A program made the translations under genes and the position numbers. Positions 1 through 9,907 of a stretch of DNA of 64,000 bases are shown one piece after another. This DNA comes from Anaerolineales bacterium (GTDB lineage Bacteria; Chloroflexota; Anaerolineae; Anaerolineales; Villigracilaceae), in assembly GCA_016789365.1 (NCBI GenBank), contig JAEURH010000002.1:27007-91006 (forward strand). The letters run 5' to 3'. The notes below the pieces were generated by a model. It was not told the DNA's origin. It was given only the letters and a program-made list of their open reading frames with translations, and made no database searches. Position 1 is the first letter of the stretch; every line of letters starts with the position of its first letter.

Positions 1-639
1 TTCCACCTTTCTAGTAATTGGACCTGCATGGTCTAAATTCCATGAAAGCGGAAGAATGCCTCTTAAACTGACTCTTCCATAAGTTGGTTTGAGACCAACC
101 ACGCCACATAACGAAGCAGGGATTCGAATCGAGCCTCCAGTATCAGTACCGATTGCGGCGAGACTCATGCCTGTTGCAACGGCAACTGCACTACCGCCTG
201 ATGAACCACCAGGCGTTCTCGTAATATCCCAAGGATTTTTACATGCTCCAAAATGCGGATTGTTATTGGTGACACCCAATGCAATTTCATGTGTGTTGGT
301 CTTGCCGATGATTATCCCACCTGATTTTTTGATTTTTTGAATCACAAAGGCATCTTCTTTGGCGATGTTATTTTCAAAAAACTTAGAGCCGCCAGTCGTG
401 CGGATTCCTTTTACATCATACAAATCTTTGACTGCGACGGGGATTCCGTATAATGGCATACTGCCATTGCTGGGAATGTCATTTTTTTCAGGCGGGATGA
501 CGGTAATGAAAGCATTAAGAATCGGGTTGAGTCGCTCGATGGTTTTGTAACAGGCTGAGGCTAAGTCAGAGGCGTGAACTTCTCGGCTTTTCATCAAATC
601 TCGTTGAATAATCAAAGAGGGGGTTTCATCTTGTTTCAT
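1..639 (-). CDS. Amidase signature family protein (GatA-like), runs off the window start
   Basis: Not in the ORF track because it is truncated. Manual translation from ATG at 639: MKQDETPSLIIQRDLMKSREV...GIPVAVKDLYD...GKTNTHEIALG...NPWDITRTPGGSSGGSAVAVA...GTDTGGSIRIPASLCGVVGLKPTYGRVS, the amidase signature. Confidence 0.9.
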   Translation of the reverse strand, partial: MKQDETPSLIIQRDLMKSREVHASDLASACYKTIERLNPILNAFITVIPPEKNDIPSNGSMPLYGIPVAVKDLYDVKGIRTTGGSKFFENNIAKEDAFVIQKIKKSGGIIIGKTNTHEIALGVTNNNPHFGACKNPWDITRTPGGSSGGSAVAVATGMSLAAIGTDTGGSIRIPASLCGVVGLKPTYGRVSLRGILPLSWNLDHAGPITRKVE

Positions 640-721
640 AAGTCAAAATTATATGACAATGAAAGTTTTCCCGCATAGCCTAAATGTACTGAATTGCAAA
701 TTTGTAGGGAGTGCTGAAAGG

Positions 722-774
722 GTGCGTTGCACCTAACGGGTTAGGATAATTTCGACCAGAAAGGTGCGACGCAC
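722..774. repeat. Intergenic inverted repeat made of two self-palindromic arms, downstream of fhs
   Basis: GTGCGTTGCACCT (722-734) and AGGTGCGACGCAC (762-774) are reverse complements with one mismatch. Confidence 0.6.
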
Positions 775-778
775 TTGT

Positions 779-2782
779 TTAGAACAATCCTAAAATTTTC
801 TCGGTCTTCAAATCCAAATCAATATCATAAAACGATGGGCGCGTGCCGAGACCTGGCATGGTTCGCATATCGCCGAGAATTGGATATAAAAATCCCGCAC
901 CAACTGATGCGCGAATTTCACGAACTTTTACGCGGAAATCGGTGGGCGCACCTTTTTGAGTCGCATCAGTACTAAATGACAAATGTGTTTTCGCCATACA
1001 AATTGGGAGTTTATCAAAACCAAGTTTTGTATAACGTGTGATTTGTTCTTCGGCTTCGGGTGTGTAATCCACGCCATCGGCGCGATAAATTTCTTTGGCG
1101 ATTTTCTCGATTTTTGTTTTGATTGAATCTTCAAGCGGATATAAAAATTGGAAGTTGCTTTTTTCTTCTGCGGCTTTTACAACGGCTTCGGCAAGTTTCT
1201 TTGTGCCTACGCCACCATCTGCCCAGTGTGTGCAAAGAATCGCATCCATTGCTCCAAACTCAATGGATGCTTTGCGAATCAATTCCACTTCGGCGGGTGT
1301 ATCGGTTGCAAATGAATTGATTGCCACAATCACTTTGACTCCGAATTTATTTGCATTTTGAATGTGACGTTCAAGGTTCGCAAGACCTTTGCGAAGTAAA
1401 TCTAAATTTTCATCGGTATATTCTGGAGCAAGCGGTTTGCCTGCCACAACTTTTGGACCACCACCATGCATCTTCAACGCGCGGACAGTTGCTACCATGA
1501 CTACAACATGCGGAATTAATCCCGAATATCGACATTTGATATTGAAGAATTTTTCCATGCCAATATCGGCACCAAAACCAGATTCGGTTACAACGAATCC
1601 ATCTTTGCCGACGAGTTTTAATGCAACCATATCGGCAATAATAGAAGATTGTCCATGAGCAATATTTGCAAACGGACCTGCATGAACCATCGCGGCTGTG
1701 CCTTCTAATGTTTGCATGAGGTTTGGTTTGATGGCATCTTTCATTAACACAGTTACTGCACCTGCCACGCCTAAATCTTCCACAGTTACGGCTTCACCTT
1801 GTTTGCTGGTAGCCACAACCATGTTGCCAAAGCGTTCGCGCATATCTTCTAATGAAGTTGTAAGCGCAAGCACTGCCATAATTTCAGAAGCGACTGTAAT
1901 GTCATATCCAGAACGATGTTCAAAGCCTGCTTCGTCTTTGCCCAAACCAACTTGAATTTCACGCAAGAAGCGGTCATTAATATCTACTACACGTCGCCAT
2001 GTAATTGTGGATTCATCAATATCTAAACGAGCGAATTTACTTCTTTCTTCGGGTGTTAAATCATCTGGATTTGTTTTATTAATTCCCAACTTTTTCAAAC
2101 GGCGCAACATTGTTGCGGAAAATTTGCGATTGCCTTTTTTATCAGGCGGGCAAAGCGCATTGAAAAGTTTTTCATCATCTTGTTGCTTTTCGTGCATCAC
2201 ACGCGCATCCAACGCGGCGGCGACTAAATTATGTGAAGCCGTAATAGCATGAATATCACCCGTGAGATGTAAATTGAAATCTTCCATTGGAATGACTTGC
2301 GAATATCCACCACCAGCCGCACCACCTTTGATTCCAAAAGTTGGTCCCATAGATGGTTGGCGAATACAAGTGATAACTTTTTTTCCAAGATGCGCCCCCA
2401 ATGCTTGTGATAAACCAATTGTAGTTGTTGTTTTTCCTTCACCCAATGGTGTTGGTGTAATGGCGGTTACATCAATATATTTGCCGTTCGGTTTATTTTT
2501 TAATCGTTCTAAAATATCTAACTTAACTTTGGCTTTGTAGGGTCCGTATAATTCCAATTCATTTTCACGCACCCCATATTCATCCGCAATTTGTGTAATC
2601 GGTTTTAGTTTTGCGGCTTGTGCAATTTCAATATCCGATGGCACAGGACGAAGCAATTTTAATTTTGTCGGTTTAAAAGAAAAACTTGCTTTGGCTGGCG
2701 TTGTTTTTTTTGCTTTTACTACAATCTTCTTTGCTGATTTTTTTACGACTTTCTTCGCAGACTTCTTGGTTTTGGTAGCCAT
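779..2782 (-). CDS. fhs: Formate--tetrahydrofolate ligase with a Lys-rich N-terminal extension and a eukaryote-type insertion
   Basis: Motifs [46 protein letters not shown] and TMPGL; AAGGAG RBS upstream of the ATG at 2782. Confidence 0.97.
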   Translation of the reverse strand: MATKTKKSAKKVVKKSAKKIVVKAKKTTPAKASFSFKPTKLKLLRPVPSDIEIAQAAKLKPITQIADEYGVRENELELYGPYKAKVKLDILERLKNKPNGKYIDVTAITPTPLGEGKTTTTIGLSQALGAHLGKKVITCIRQPSMGPTFGIKGGAAGGGYSQVIPMEDFNLHLTGDIHAITASHNLVAAALDARVMHEKQQDDEKLFNALCPPDKKGNRKFSATMLRRLKKLGINKTNPDDLTPEERSKFARLDIDESTITWRRVVDINDRFLREIQVGLGKDEAGFEHRSGYDITVASEIMAVLALTTSLEDMRERFGNMVVATSKQGEAVTVEDLGVAGAVTVLMKDAIKPNLMQTLEGTAAMVHAGPFANIAHGQSSIIADMVALKLVGKDGFVVTESGFGADIGMEKFFNIKCRYSGLIPHVVVMVATVRALKMHGGGPKVVAGKPLAPEYTDENLDLLRKGLANLERHIQNANKFGVKVIVAINSFATDTPAEVELIRKASIEFGAMDAILCTHWADGGVGTKKLAEAVVKAAEEKSNFQFLYPLEDSIKTKIEKIAKEIYRADGVDYTPEAEEQITRYTKLGFDKLPICMAKTHLSFSTDATQKGAPTDFRVKVREIRASVGAGFLYPILGDMRTMPGLGTRPSFYDIDLDLKTEKILGLF

Positions 2783-2818
2783 TCGTTCTCCTTGAAAATT
2801 ATATATAATTTAATTGTA

Positions 2819-3619
2819 TCAGATTGTCAGCAATGTTCCAACATTTTCGCCTTGCAAAGCGCGTGTCAAAAATCCGCTTTCTTCGGCAGAAAAAATTTGC
2901 ACGGTCAGGTTTTCATTTTTTTGGATTAAGGAAAACATCTCTTCGACTTTGGCTTTCATCCCGCCAGTGACATCGGTGCTGACTGAACCCTTGATACCTG
3001 CCCGCATCTTTTCATAGGTGGATAGTTGAATCTGTTTCACCAACTTTGTTCTGGCTGGGAAATCCTCCCACACCCCAGCTTCAATGCCTGCTAATAAAAT
3101 TCTTGAGCAATTGAATTTTTCGATTAAAAAAGTAAACACATCTTCAGTGGATAAGATTGTGCCGCCTAATGATTCATCAAAAGCAACATCACCTTGCACA
3201 ACGGGCAATAAATGATTATCTAGCGCTTTTTGAATTGTGGATACATTATGCTGAATCACTTTTCTATTGTCTGAAATCATCGAAGCAGATGGTGGGAATG
3301 GAATAGCAGGCAACCCCGCTTCAATTAATGATTTGACCACATAGCGATTTAACTCCGCGGCTTGAAAGCGGACTTCGGCAAAGCCATACCATTGTTCAAC
3401 GGTTTGCACACCATTTCGAGTGCCATGTTTTTTAGCGGCGACATGACCAAACGAGCCAGAACCATGCCCTAGAATCAGCGACCAGTTTGGGGCGTGGTCA
3501 AGAACCGTTTTTATTTCATTGGCAAGTTCAGTTAATTTATCTAATCGTGCTGTAAAAGGCGTGTCTTTATCTGTAATCAAAGACCCACCCAGTTTGAGGA
3601 GGATGATTTCGTTTGTCAT
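2819..3619 (-). CDS. ipk: Isopentenyl phosphate kinase (amino acid kinase family, archaeal type)
   Basis: LKLGGSLITDK, the IPK-type His motif HGSGSFGH, GDVAFD and DVTGGMKAK. Confidence 0.85.
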   Translation of the reverse strand: MTNEIILLKLGGSLITDKDTPFTARLDKLTELANEIKTVLDHAPNWSLILGHGSGSFGHVAAKKHGTRNGVQTVEQWYGFAEVRFQAAELNRYVVKSLIEAGLPAIPFPPSASMISDNRKVIQHNVSTIQKALDNHLLPVVQGDVAFDESLGGTILSTEDVFTFLIEKFNCSRILLAGIEAGVWEDFPARTKLVKQIQLSTYEKMRAGIKGSVSTDVTGGMKAKVEEMFSLIQKNENLTVQIFSAEESGFLTRALQGENVGTLLTI

Positions 3620-3672
3620 AGCGAATGTTTTAACACATAAACTAAAAAAAGTGTTGCGGATGATTCACGATA

Positions 3673-3720
3673 GACCGCTGACGACTGACCGCCGTCTATG
3701 GTCTGCGGTCAGCCGTCGGT
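3673..3720. repeat. Heptamer-based palindromic element
   Basis: GACCGCT GACGACT GACCGCC followed by inverted units GGTCTGC GGTCAGC CGTCGGT; a related element lies at 35852-35906. Confidence 0.7.
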
Positions 3721-3744
3721 TTTCCACATGCTATAATTTCAAGC

Positions 3745-4527
3745 ATGGATATTCGGGCAGGTATTATTGTTATCGCGTTGTTTGCTGTGATTGGTGCATT
3801 TCTTGCTATTCGGGCTGGGATATTAAATTATCAGGCGGCGAGAAAAATATCTTTTTATAGTTTGCGAAAAAGATATAACCGCAACTCAATTTATTTATTT
3901 TTATTTGCATTATTTTTATTCTATTTTGCTTATTGGTTGCCAACGCGCGGAGAGCCATTGGTCTATCAAGTATTTCCGCCATCGCCAACTGCTTCATTAA
4001 CTGCTACCATTACATTATCTCCAACGATTACTGAAACACCAACTTTAACTTTAACACCTTCTGTTTCAGATACACCGACATTAACGCCCACGCCATTTTT
4101 GCCTTTAGCAATTGAAGCCTTATTTGCTGGACCTGTGACTCCCAATCCCAATGCGGTTTTTACGGCTATACAATTTTCAACCGAGTTTGATGGCGTAAAC
4201 CCAGTTAATCCAAGAACTTCTTTTGAACTTCCAATTGAAACAATGTACGGCGGATTTGATTACAACAATACACTGCCTGGCGTGCAATGGTCTGCGTTGT
4301 GGTATCGCAATCGTGAATTGGTTTGTTACGAAACCGAACCGTGGAGAACTGAATGGGGAACAGGTGGCATTGGCGGTTATACAGAATGTTCAAACCCTGT
4401 GGGCGGATGGGTTGCTGGTCAATATGAAGTAGTGATTTTCATGGGCTATGACTGGAAAACCGTCGGGCGATTTGTAGTTTTAGATAACCTTGCGACTGGA
4501 ACACCGACATTTACAGTGACACCATAA
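3745..4527 (+). CDS. Hypothetical membrane-anchored protein (2 TM, Thr/Pro linker, beta-rich C-terminal domain)
   Basis: Two hydrophobic segments and a PSPTASLTATITLSPTITETPT linker; extended -10 TGcTATAAT at 3729-3737, 7 nt before the ATG. Confidence 0.8.
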   Translation: MDIRAGIIVIALFAVIGAFLAIRAGILNYQAARKISFYSLRKRYNRNSIYLFLFALFLFYFAYWLPTRGEPLVYQVFPPSPTASLTATITLSPTITETPTLTLTPSVSDTPTLTPTPFLPLAIEALFAGPVTPNPNAVFTAIQFSTEFDGVNPVNPRTSFELPIETMYGGFDYNNTLPGVQWSALWYRNRELVCYETEPWRTEWGTGGIGGYTECSNPVGGWVAGQYEVVIFMGYDWKTVGRFVVLDNLATGTPTFTVTP

Positions 4528-4534
4528 TTAATTC

Positions 4535-4596
4535 ACCACAAAGTAGACAAAGGTACACAAAGGAAAAAAAATTAATACTTTGTGACCCTTCGTGGT
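4535..4596. repeat. Intergenic palindromic element (ACCACAAAG...CTTCGTGGT)
   Basis: Repeated (C/G)ACAAAG units followed by inverted CTTTGTG and CTTCGTGGT; same architecture as 34301-34374. Confidence 0.55.
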
Positions 4597-4620
4597 TAAG
4601 ATTTTCTTTAGGAGAACTTT

Positions 4621-5106
4621 ATGACCGAAAAAGCCTTTCAAGAGTATTACCCCGATTACTTCGCCCATTGTTATGGATGTGGCAAATTAAACGAACACGG
4701 ACATCAAATCAAAAGTTATTGGGATGGTGATGAATCGGTTTGTTATTTTATGCCCAAGCCATATCACACTGCCATTCCAGGATATGTGTATGGCGGGTTA
4801 CTCGCTTCATTAATTGATTGTCACGGAACAGGAACTGCCGCCGCAGTTGCATACAAAGCCGCCAAAGAAAATGACCCAAATGCCGAACCGAATACACGCT
4901 TCTTAACCGCTTCTTTGCATGTGGACTATCTCAAACCAACACCGTTAAATGTGCAATTAGAGATTCGCGCGAAGGTCAAAGAACATAAAGGCAGAAAAGT
5001 TGTAATTGAAGAATGGTTAATGGCAAACGGTGTGATTACTGTTAAAGGGGAAGTTGTTGCTGTGCAGGTGCCAGAGAGTTTGGTGGAGGAGTTGTTGAAG
5101 GGCTAA
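4621..5106 (+). CDS. PaaI-family hotdog-fold thioesterase
   Basis: HCYGCG...N..G, YGGLLASLIDCH and TASLHVDYLKPTP; AGGAG RBS. Confidence 0.85.
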   Translation: MTEKAFQEYYPDYFAHCYGCGKLNEHGHQIKSYWDGDESVCYFMPKPYHTAIPGYVYGGLLASLIDCHGTGTAAAVAYKAAKENDPNAEPNTRFLTASLHVDYLKPTPLNVQLEIRAKVKEHKGRKVVIEEWLMANGVITVKGEVVAVQVPESLVEELLKG

Positions 5107-6032
5107 ATCGCCCACTCTTTTCTTTTCACATTCATCTCTTGTGCAATTTCAGCGGCGAGGCGGGCGTTATTTAGTAACAATGCCAAATTCGCTTTCAATG
5201 ATTTTCCTTTGGATAATTCATTGATTCGATTTAATAAAAACGGAGTGAGTGCTTGCCCGTGAATTCCTTGCTCAATTGCTTCCTTGGATGCTTTCTCAAT
5301 CATCGGTTCCATTTTAGACTTTGGAATTGATTCTGTTTCAGGTATCGGATTCGTGACGAGGATTCCGCTTCTTAATCCTAAACTCCAGTGGGCTTTTGCA
5401 AACTCAGCAATTTCTTTCGGGGAATCCAGTCGCACGCTGACGTTCAGTCCGCTTTCGCGTGAATAAAAGGCAGGGAATTCATCAGTCTGGTAGCCGACGA
5501 CAGGCACGCCTAGTGTTTCAAGTGTTTCTAATGTAGCAGGTAAATCTAAAATAGATTTTGCACCAGCACACACAACAATAGTTGGAATCTCTGCTAATGA
5601 ATGTAAATCGGTTGAAACATCAAACGCTGATTCTTTATGTACACCACCGATTCCACCTGTGGCGAATACTTTAATCCCAGCCATGTTGGCGGCGAGCATG
5701 GTGCCTGCTACGGTTGTTCCGCCGTTAACTTTTTTTGTAATGGCGGTTGCAAAATCACGGTGACTCACTTTCAGTGAAGAGTCGCTATCAGCAAGGCGAA
5801 CCAGTTCTGGGTCAGTTAAACCGATGCGGATTTTTCCATCTAATAAAGCAATGGTTGCGGGTGTTGCTCCAAAATCACGAATCGTTTTTTCCATATCGCG
5901 TGCTAAATTTATATTTTGCGGTTTGGGCAAACCATGTGTAATGACTGTGGATTCAAGCGCGACGATGGGCAAGCCGATGTTGATGGCACGGGCAACTTCG
6001 GTAGAGAGTTGAATGTGGGGGTGTTTTATCAT
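5103..6032 (-). CDS. psuG: Pseudouridine-5'-phosphate glycosidase
   Basis: VALESTVITHGLP, TTVAGTM, FATGGIGGVH, GAKSILD and TPFLL. Confidence 0.95.
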   Translation of the reverse strand: MIKHPHIQLSTEVARAINIGLPIVALESTVITHGLPKPQNINLARDMEKTIRDFGATPATIALLDGKIRIGLTDPELVRLADSDSSLKVSHRDFATAITKKVNGGTTVAGTMLAANMAGIKVFATGGIGGVHKESAFDVSTDLHSLAEIPTIVVCAGAKSILDLPATLETLETLGVPVVGYQTDEFPAFYSRESGLNVSVRLDSPKEIAEFAKAHWSLGLRSGILVTNPIPETESIPKSKMEPMIEKASKEAIEQGIHGQALTPFLLNRINELSKGKSLKANLALLLNNARLAAEIAQEMNVKRKEWAI

Positions 6033-7639
6033 TTTACTTTTCTAAAAATAAACAGTTCAATATCTTGAATGGCTTTATCAAGGCGCGTGACTTCTTCTTG
6101 TTCAAGCAAAGAGAGGTCTTCTTTTTTATTTTGTTCTTTGATGTATAAAAATTCGCGTCGAAAGGCGCGTAGAATTTCGCGAGCAATTTCTAAAGATTTT
6201 TTGGCACTGGCACTCACGGGTTTGGTTTCTTGTTGTAAGAGGCGGTCTATTTTCATTTCGCCTTTTTCAGAATGTTTGATAATTTCATCATACTCTTTAT
6301 CGGTTAACCTAAAGCCATACGAACTTTTTTCAAAATTTTCAACAATGGTTTGGTTGATGAGGTCAAGAAATCCTTCGAGCTCAAATTGTTTTTTTGAGTT
6401 TTCAATTTCATTGCGTTTGCTGGCATTGTTTTGGCTTAATGCCCAAGCAGATTTTAGATTGTCAACGACAATGCCGTGTGGTAAGTTCCACGTGCCAACA
6501 TCAATCCAATGAACGGTTACGCCGTATTTTTCGGCTTCGTCGGTAAAGGTTTTTTCAAAAAATTCTTGGGTAATGGCAGTGCGTGATTTGAACTGTGGTA
6601 ATTGTTTGAGTGTGCTAATGTTGGCGCGTGTCATTTCGCCTGTCAGTTCCACTTGAATTTTTTTGATGGTTTGCTCATTTTCAGTGAGCATATCCAATTC
6701 TTGTTGGCTAATGGTGGCAAGAATTTGGCTAAGTGTGTTTTCCATGATGATTTTATCTAACTTGTGCAATACCAATGGAATGACGGTTGTATCCCACGGG
6801 AAGGAAATTACCGATTTTTTTTGAGAAGGTTGCGACATTAAACTTTCGTTATAGGTTAAAACAATTTGGTTATACACTAATTTTTGAACAGCCCGCTCGT
6901 CAAAAGAATAAGGGTCAACGATTGTATTTTTTGTATAGAATTGATTTGGGTTTCTTTGAATACTAAATAGTATCTTAATATCTTTCGCTTCAATGGGGAA
7001 ACCATCTTTGGTGCGCGAAGCCACTTCTAATTCGGTTACAAATTGGTCGTGTAAATTGATGGCGGCATATTCGCGTTTGCCCACTTGGTCTTCTTTGCCA
7101 ATTTCTCGAATACGCTCAAAGCATTCGAGTTCCCATAAATCTTTTTGAGCATGAATGACTTCAGGGTCGCCATCTAGTTGTTCGAGCAGTGCGGCACTAC
7201 CGAGGTTTACTTTAATTTTGCCTGGTCCGCCAATTAAGATGATGGGAGAGGCTTCGTCTTTTTCAGAGACCTTGCCTTCATTAATGGTGATGCTTTCATC
7301 GCCTGCGCCAAAGGCAACTTCTTCAATGAATCCTTCTGCAATGGATACATCTTTTAATTCAAAAATATCAGCCAAATAGTTTGCCGCCCGCGTAATGGTC
7401 ACTTTGTAAATCGCATACATTAATAATGGATATTTGATAAAACTCCATGCCACAACGCCAAGTCGCTGTTCGGTGGTGAGGATTTGGTCACCTGCAACCC
7501 CCATTGTGATTAACCCTAATATGATGATAATACCAAAAAAAGCAATTAATCTAGCGGTTACTCGATATTGCACATTTTTATCTTTTAAACCAAACAATAA
7601 AGATAAATACTCATTGGCTTGCACGCGGGTTTTCATCAT
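6029..7639 (-). CDS. Divergent SPFH/band-7-like membrane protein
   Basis: N-terminal TM helices, an SPFH-like core (TKDGFPIEAKDIKILFSI ... KYGVTVHWIDV) and a coiled-coil C-terminus; overlaps both neighbours by 4 nt. Confidence 0.55.
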   Translation of the reverse strand: MMKTRVQANEYLSLLFGLKDKNVQYRVTARLIAFFGIIIILGLITMGVAGDQILTTEQRLGVVAWSFIKYPLLMYAIYKVTITRAANYLADIFELKDVSIAEGFIEEVAFGAGDESITINEGKVSEKDEASPIILIGGPGKIKVNLGSAALLEQLDGDPEVIHAQKDLWELECFERIREIGKEDQVGKREYAAINLHDQFVTELEVASRTKDGFPIEAKDIKILFSIQRNPNQFYTKNTIVDPYSFDERAVQKLVYNQIVLTYNESLMSQPSQKKSVISFPWDTTVIPLVLHKLDKIIMENTLSQILATISQQELDMLTENEQTIKKIQVELTGEMTRANISTLKQLPQFKSRTAITQEFFEKTFTDEAEKYGVTVHWIDVGTWNLPHGIVVDNLKSAWALSQNNASKRNEIENSKKQFELEGFLDLINQTIVENFEKSSYGFRLTDKEYDEIIKHSEKGEMKIDRLLQQETKPVSASAKKSLEIAREILRAFRREFLYIKEQNKKEDLSLLEQEEVTRLDKAIQDIELFIFRKVK

Positions 7640-9087
7640 CCCTCACCTCCAGCATGTCTTTGGATGAGGTCTTGTTTGTTGGTGATTGCCCATTTCAAAA
7701 TTTCATCTAATTTTCTTAGTTCAGCCTCAACATCATTGTTGGCGCGGCTTTCTGTAAGCAAATTTTCTTTAATCGGTTCAATTAAATTTTGTATGGTTGT
7801 GTAAATATCTTGTCGGGGCGCAAGCGGATTGTCGAATCTTTGCGAAGCCACTTTAGCAAATTTTTTGAGGGCATCATTTCTAGCGGATGTTTCTACCAGA
7901 ACTTGTGTCTCTTTTAGTAATTCTTCTTCACGTTTGGCTAGCTTTGTCCATTCAGCATTCCATTGCTCTACGCGGGCTTTATCCATGTCAAGGTCAAACA
8001 TCACGTTATGAATCCGCACCTCGGTAATTTCTAAGCCTCGTTCTTCAAGTTGCTGATACTCTCGGCTACCCTGTTTGCGAGGAGAGACATCAGGTCTGCC
8101 GACTTCATTAAGGATAACTACTTCGGGTTTACAAACACGTTGTCGAATCATTTCTTCAATATGTTGTAGCCCGCTCATGCTATTTGAAGTTGTGAATAAA
8201 TCTTCTAGTTTTGCTTTACGAATGTACTCGCGCCATAAGTTAACAACCAAATGCGCAGGCAGTTCTTTCCATTCAAGGCGGATTACTTTATTTTCGGTTT
8301 TATCTAAGTGCATGGCTTGGCGCGTAACAACATCACGCACGGCGCTTGGGTCGTAGCGAAATTGTGACTTTACCCCGCTTTCGCTTGGGATGACTCGTTT
8401 GGTACGCCTCACATTGAATTTAATGCTAATCGTGGCAGAAATTTCAAAGCCATCTCTGGTTAAGCCAACAGTTTGTTTACGCCGTCTTTCCACTTCATTC
8501 GCATATTTTGGGTTTGATGTTGGAAATGGATTAAGCAATGGCTGGTCGCTAGCGTGAGGTCCAATAAATTGCCATTGCGTTCTTAAATCTACCCCAATTG
8601 GTTCTTCTTTTCCATTTTTTGTGTGGCTGATGATGTATTCATTTGCTTTTGTAAACCGAATGCCAGGTCCAACAGGTCCTACAATTTCGGTGTCTGTCCG
8701 AAGCACCACTGCGCTGGCAGTATCCAAAACAATTACACCTTTGCCACGTTTGTTATCTTCATGCTCGTGTTTAATTACTCGCCCGTTTTTTACAAATAAA
8801 ATGGGTCCGCGCTTCCCAGATTCAAATTCACGCACGCGGGTATAAATTTCTTGGCGGTCTTTTTCGTTTTGAATCGGCAACACAAACTGAGAGAAAAAGT
8901 AGGTTAAGCCTTCTAACATAATAAATGTAGCAATTAGGTCTACCCCCAGCACAAAAAGGCTACCCAACCACGTGAACGGAATTGAAAACCACCAAATGAT
9001 TCCATGCCACACTAAAAATAAAATAACCACAATGCCGTATGGCTTTTGTAATTCCGCAAAAAAGGCAGAGAGTCCTTTTCGAATCAT
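7636..9087 (-). CDS. Divergent SPFH/band-7-like membrane protein
   Basis: 2 TM, then VGPGIRF, VDLRTQ, TRDGFEISATISIKF and RGLEITEVRIHNV, followed by a coiled coil. Confidence 0.6.
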   Translation of the reverse strand: MIRKGLSAFFAELQKPYGIVVILFLVWHGIIWWFSIPFTWLGSLFVLGVDLIATFIMLEGLTYFFSQFVLPIQNEKDRQEIYTRVREFESGKRGPILFVKNGRVIKHEHEDNKRGKGVIVLDTASAVVLRTDTEIVGPVGPGIRFTKANEYIISHTKNGKEEPIGVDLRTQWQFIGPHASDQPLLNPFPTSNPKYANEVERRRKQTVGLTRDGFEISATISIKFNVRRTKRVIPSESGVKSQFRYDPSAVRDVVTRQAMHLDKTENKVIRLEWKELPAHLVVNLWREYIRKAKLEDLFTTSNSMSGLQHIEEMIRQRVCKPEVVILNEVGRPDVSPRKQGSREYQQLEERGLEITEVRIHNVMFDLDMDKARVEQWNAEWTKLAKREEELLKETQVLVETSARNDALKKFAKVASQRFDNPLAPRQDIYTTIQNLIEPIKENLLTESRANNDVEAELRKLDEILKWAITNKQDLIQRHAGGEG

Positions 9088-9133
9088 AACCTTGATTCTA
9101 AATCAAAAGTGAGTGAATTGGTAAAATTGCTTT

Positions 9134-9778
9134 ATGCTAAAACTTGAATTTCACTGCCATACCAATGCTTCAAAAGATTCTTTGACCAAACCAGCAGATT
9201 TGATTAAAACCGCCAGACGAAAAAGTTTAGATAAATTGGTCATCACTGACCATAATTCGATTCAAGGAGCACTCGCGGCTCAAAAACTTGACCGTGAGTT
9301 GGTTATTGTGGGCGAGGAAATTATGACTACTCGTGGAGAGATTCTAGCGGCTTATGTGCAAGAAGAAATTCCAGCAGGCTTGACTCCGCAAGAAACGATA
9401 AAGATATTAAAAGAACAAGGCGCTTTTATCAGCGTATCTCATCCGTTTGATAGATTGAGAAAAGGGGGCTGGGAAGAAAAAGATTTACTTGAAATTATTG
9501 AGCAAGTGGATGCAATTGAAATATTTAATTCACGTTGCATGAATCCATTATTCAATGTTCAAGCAAAACAGTTTGCTGAAAAATATAACTTGGCTGGCAC
9601 TGTCGGTTCGGATGCACACGCGGCGTTTGAAGTGGGGACATCTGTTATTTTGCTTGACCAGTTTTCAGGTCCAGAAGAGATGCGAAAAATTATCAGGCAG
9701 GCAACCTATCAAACGAAACTATCCTCTTGGTTGGTGCATTTTGTTTCAAGGTATGCGTCTATGAAAAATAAAAATTGA
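9134..9778 (+). CDS. PHP-domain metal-dependent phosphoesterase
   Basis: HCHT..S.D, ITDHN, GEE, SHPF and GSDAH. Confidence 0.9.
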   Translation: MLKLEFHCHTNASKDSLTKPADLIKTARRKSLDKLVITDHNSIQGALAAQKLDRELVIVGEEIMTTRGEILAAYVQEEIPAGLTPQETIKILKEQGAFISVSHPFDRLRKGGWEEKDLLEIIEQVDAIEIFNSRCMNPLFNVQAKQFAEKYNLAGTVGSDAHAAFEVGTSVILLDQFSGPEEMRKIIRQATYQTKLSSWLVHFVSRYASMKNKN

Positions 9779-9803
9779 CATCTACCCGTTTTTTTGCTAC
9801 ACT
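9775..9803 (+). promoter_or_regulatory. Sigma70-type promoter of the purine catabolism region
   Basis: TTGACA (9775-9780), 17-nt spacer ending TGc, TACACT (9798-9803). Confidence 0.75.
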
Positions 9804-9807
9804 CAAT

Positions 9808-9820
9808 TTGTCAGACAACT
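9808..9820. promoter_or_regulatory. Candidate GntR-family operator
   Basis: Palindrome TTGTC-A-GACAA at the predicted transcription start; AGACAACT recurs at 24462-24469 just after another predicted -10. Confidence 0.5.
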
Positions 9821-9830
9821 AGACCAATTC

Positions 9831-9907
9831 AATTTACGATTTTTGATTTTGGATTGACGATTTTAACCTTTTAGACCAATTAGACTATTGAGACCAATCA
9901 GACCCCA
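9831..9907 (+). repeat. Heptamer array followed by a nonamer array in the 5' leader
   Basis: AATTTAC GATTTTT GATTTTG GATTGAC GATTTTA (9831-9865); TAGACCAAT TAGACTATT GAGACCAAT CAGACCCCA (9872-9907). Confidence 0.65.

Noticed and set aside
89-550. Plus-strand ORFs 89-340 and 359-550, and the many other short ORFs in the track
   Set aside because: They are antisense or alternate-frame shadows of well-supported genes (here the amidase), with no independent motifs or RBS.
9831-9907. Short repeats as a CRISPR array
   Set aside because: Units are 7-9 nt and contiguous, with no unique spacers and no cas genes.
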